A stretch of DNA of 64,000 nt, taken from positions 640,001 to 704,000 of the forward strand of contig OZ220090.1 in NCBI GenBank assembly GCA_964291625.2, given 5' to 3'. Position 1 is the first letter of the stretch. Every line of letters starts with the position of its first letter. Below the pieces are notes generated by a model that did not search any database, was not told the origin of the DNA, and saw only the letters and a program-made list of their open reading frames with translations. Below, one piece after another: positions 63,315 to 64,000 of this stretch. A program made the position numbers and the translations under genes. Source of the stretch: Candidatus Latescibacterota bacterium. GTDB taxonomy: Bacteria > Latescibacterota > UBA2968 > UBA8231.

Positions 63315-64000
63315 CGTCCACCGATCGAAAGTCGGTCCGCCGCGAGGCGTCGAGCCGAAAGACGAAGAACCCCCCCAGGCCGATGCGGGCGCCCAGGCCG
63401 AAGCTGCCCTTCCAGTCCCCGAAGCGGTCGTTCCAGGCATTGCCGGCGTCTGCGAAGAGGGCGCCCCTCAGAGCGGAGAAGGCGATGCTGCCAAAGGGGA
63501 AACCGAGGACGAAGCGATCGAGCAGGGGATAGCGGAGCTCGTGGTTCAGCAGCACGAGGTTGCGCCCCCACAGGGACCGGAATCCGTATCCCCGCAAGGT
63601 CCAGCTGCCGCCCAGGGACCCGAACTCGGGCACGTCCCCGCGGCTGTGACGACCCATGTAACGCACCGCCAGGCAGGTGCGCCGGGTGAGGCGCAGGTAG
63701 TGGCGGTAGTCGCCGTAGAGGGTGGTGTTGAAGGGGCGCGAGCTGCGGACGTCGATCGTCTGGCCGGCGCCGACGCTGAAGCGTGACCCCTCCATCGGGC
63801 CCGTGGGGATCCACAGGCTGTTGTCGTGGGTGAAGGTCAGGTGGTTCGACATGAGCCACCCCGTGAGCCGGCGGCCCTCGAACTGACGGTCGATGTCGGC
63901 GTGACGGGCGGTGAGCCGGAAATCGACGCGGTCGTGGCGGTTGAAGGGGTAGCTCAGCTCCGCCCACCCGCCGGTGCGCTTCTCGCGCACGGCCCGCCCG
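63274..64000 (-). CDS. Omp85 (BamA/TamA-family) outer-membrane protein, C-terminal barrel (partial)
   Basis: LGGSWTLRGY loop-6 motif, ELRYP, LFADAGNAW, GLGAR, FRLD, terminal FFFGWDY. Confidence 0.88.
   Translation of the reverse strand, partial: GRAVREKRTGGWAELSYPFNRHDRVDFRLTARHADIDRQFEGRRLTGWLMSNHLTFTHDNSLWIPTGPMEGSRFSVGAGQTIDVRSSRPFNTTLYGDYRHYLRLTRRTCLAVRYMGRHSRGDVPEFGSLGGSWTLRGYGFRSLWGRNLVLLNHELRYPLLDRFVLGFPFGSIAFSALRGALFADAGNAWNDRFGDWKGSFGLGARIGLGGFFVFRLDASRRTDFRSVDGDTRWDFFFGWDY

Overview
GC-rich (about 70% by eye) bacterial chromosomal window, mostly core genes. The gene set (short RpoD-type sigma, ACIII-caa3 operon, orphan GroES, Omp85 next to yicC-coaBC-udg-dnaB) suggests an FCB-superphylum diderm such as Gemmatimonadota or Latescibacterota; this placement is inference only. 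Main contents: partial trxA, holA, rnr, hisN-type phosphatase, sigma-70, rph, a Cys-rich DnaC/IstB-like ATPase, smpB, tRNA-Leu(CAG), a VOC enzyme, a DUF815 ATPase, cysS, tRNA-Arg(CCT); a complete 12-gene alternative complex III + SCO + A2-type caa3 oxidase operon (12.8-25.3 kb); a glgC-cytochrome c-SCO-HupE/UreJ-ppgK unit and groES-like gene; a broken mgtE; SDR, rfbA, trpBA, a 4xS1 protein, qor, LMF, a Thr-type sulfatase-like enzyme; a coupled phosphatase-glcD-glcF-mutarotase-serC unit; pepA, dcd, a GT-C/TPR glycosyltransferase, peptidases, an enolase-family enzyme; and a long Omp85-PQQ propeller-membrane protein-FN3 lipoprotein-yicC-archaeal-type cmk-coaBC-udg-dnaB operon. I saw no CRISPR array, rRNA, transposase, integrase or phage genes. 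Four single-base deficits at G/C runs look like long-read consensus errors. No candidate is a clearly new system. The best leads are the cytochrome c-SCO-HupE metal module, the phosphatase-GlcDF-SerC operon, the Omp85/propeller lipoprotein module, the apparently domesticated DnaC-like ATPase, and an archaeal-type CMP kinase in the usual gmk slot. All product calls come from motif recognition; no searches were run.
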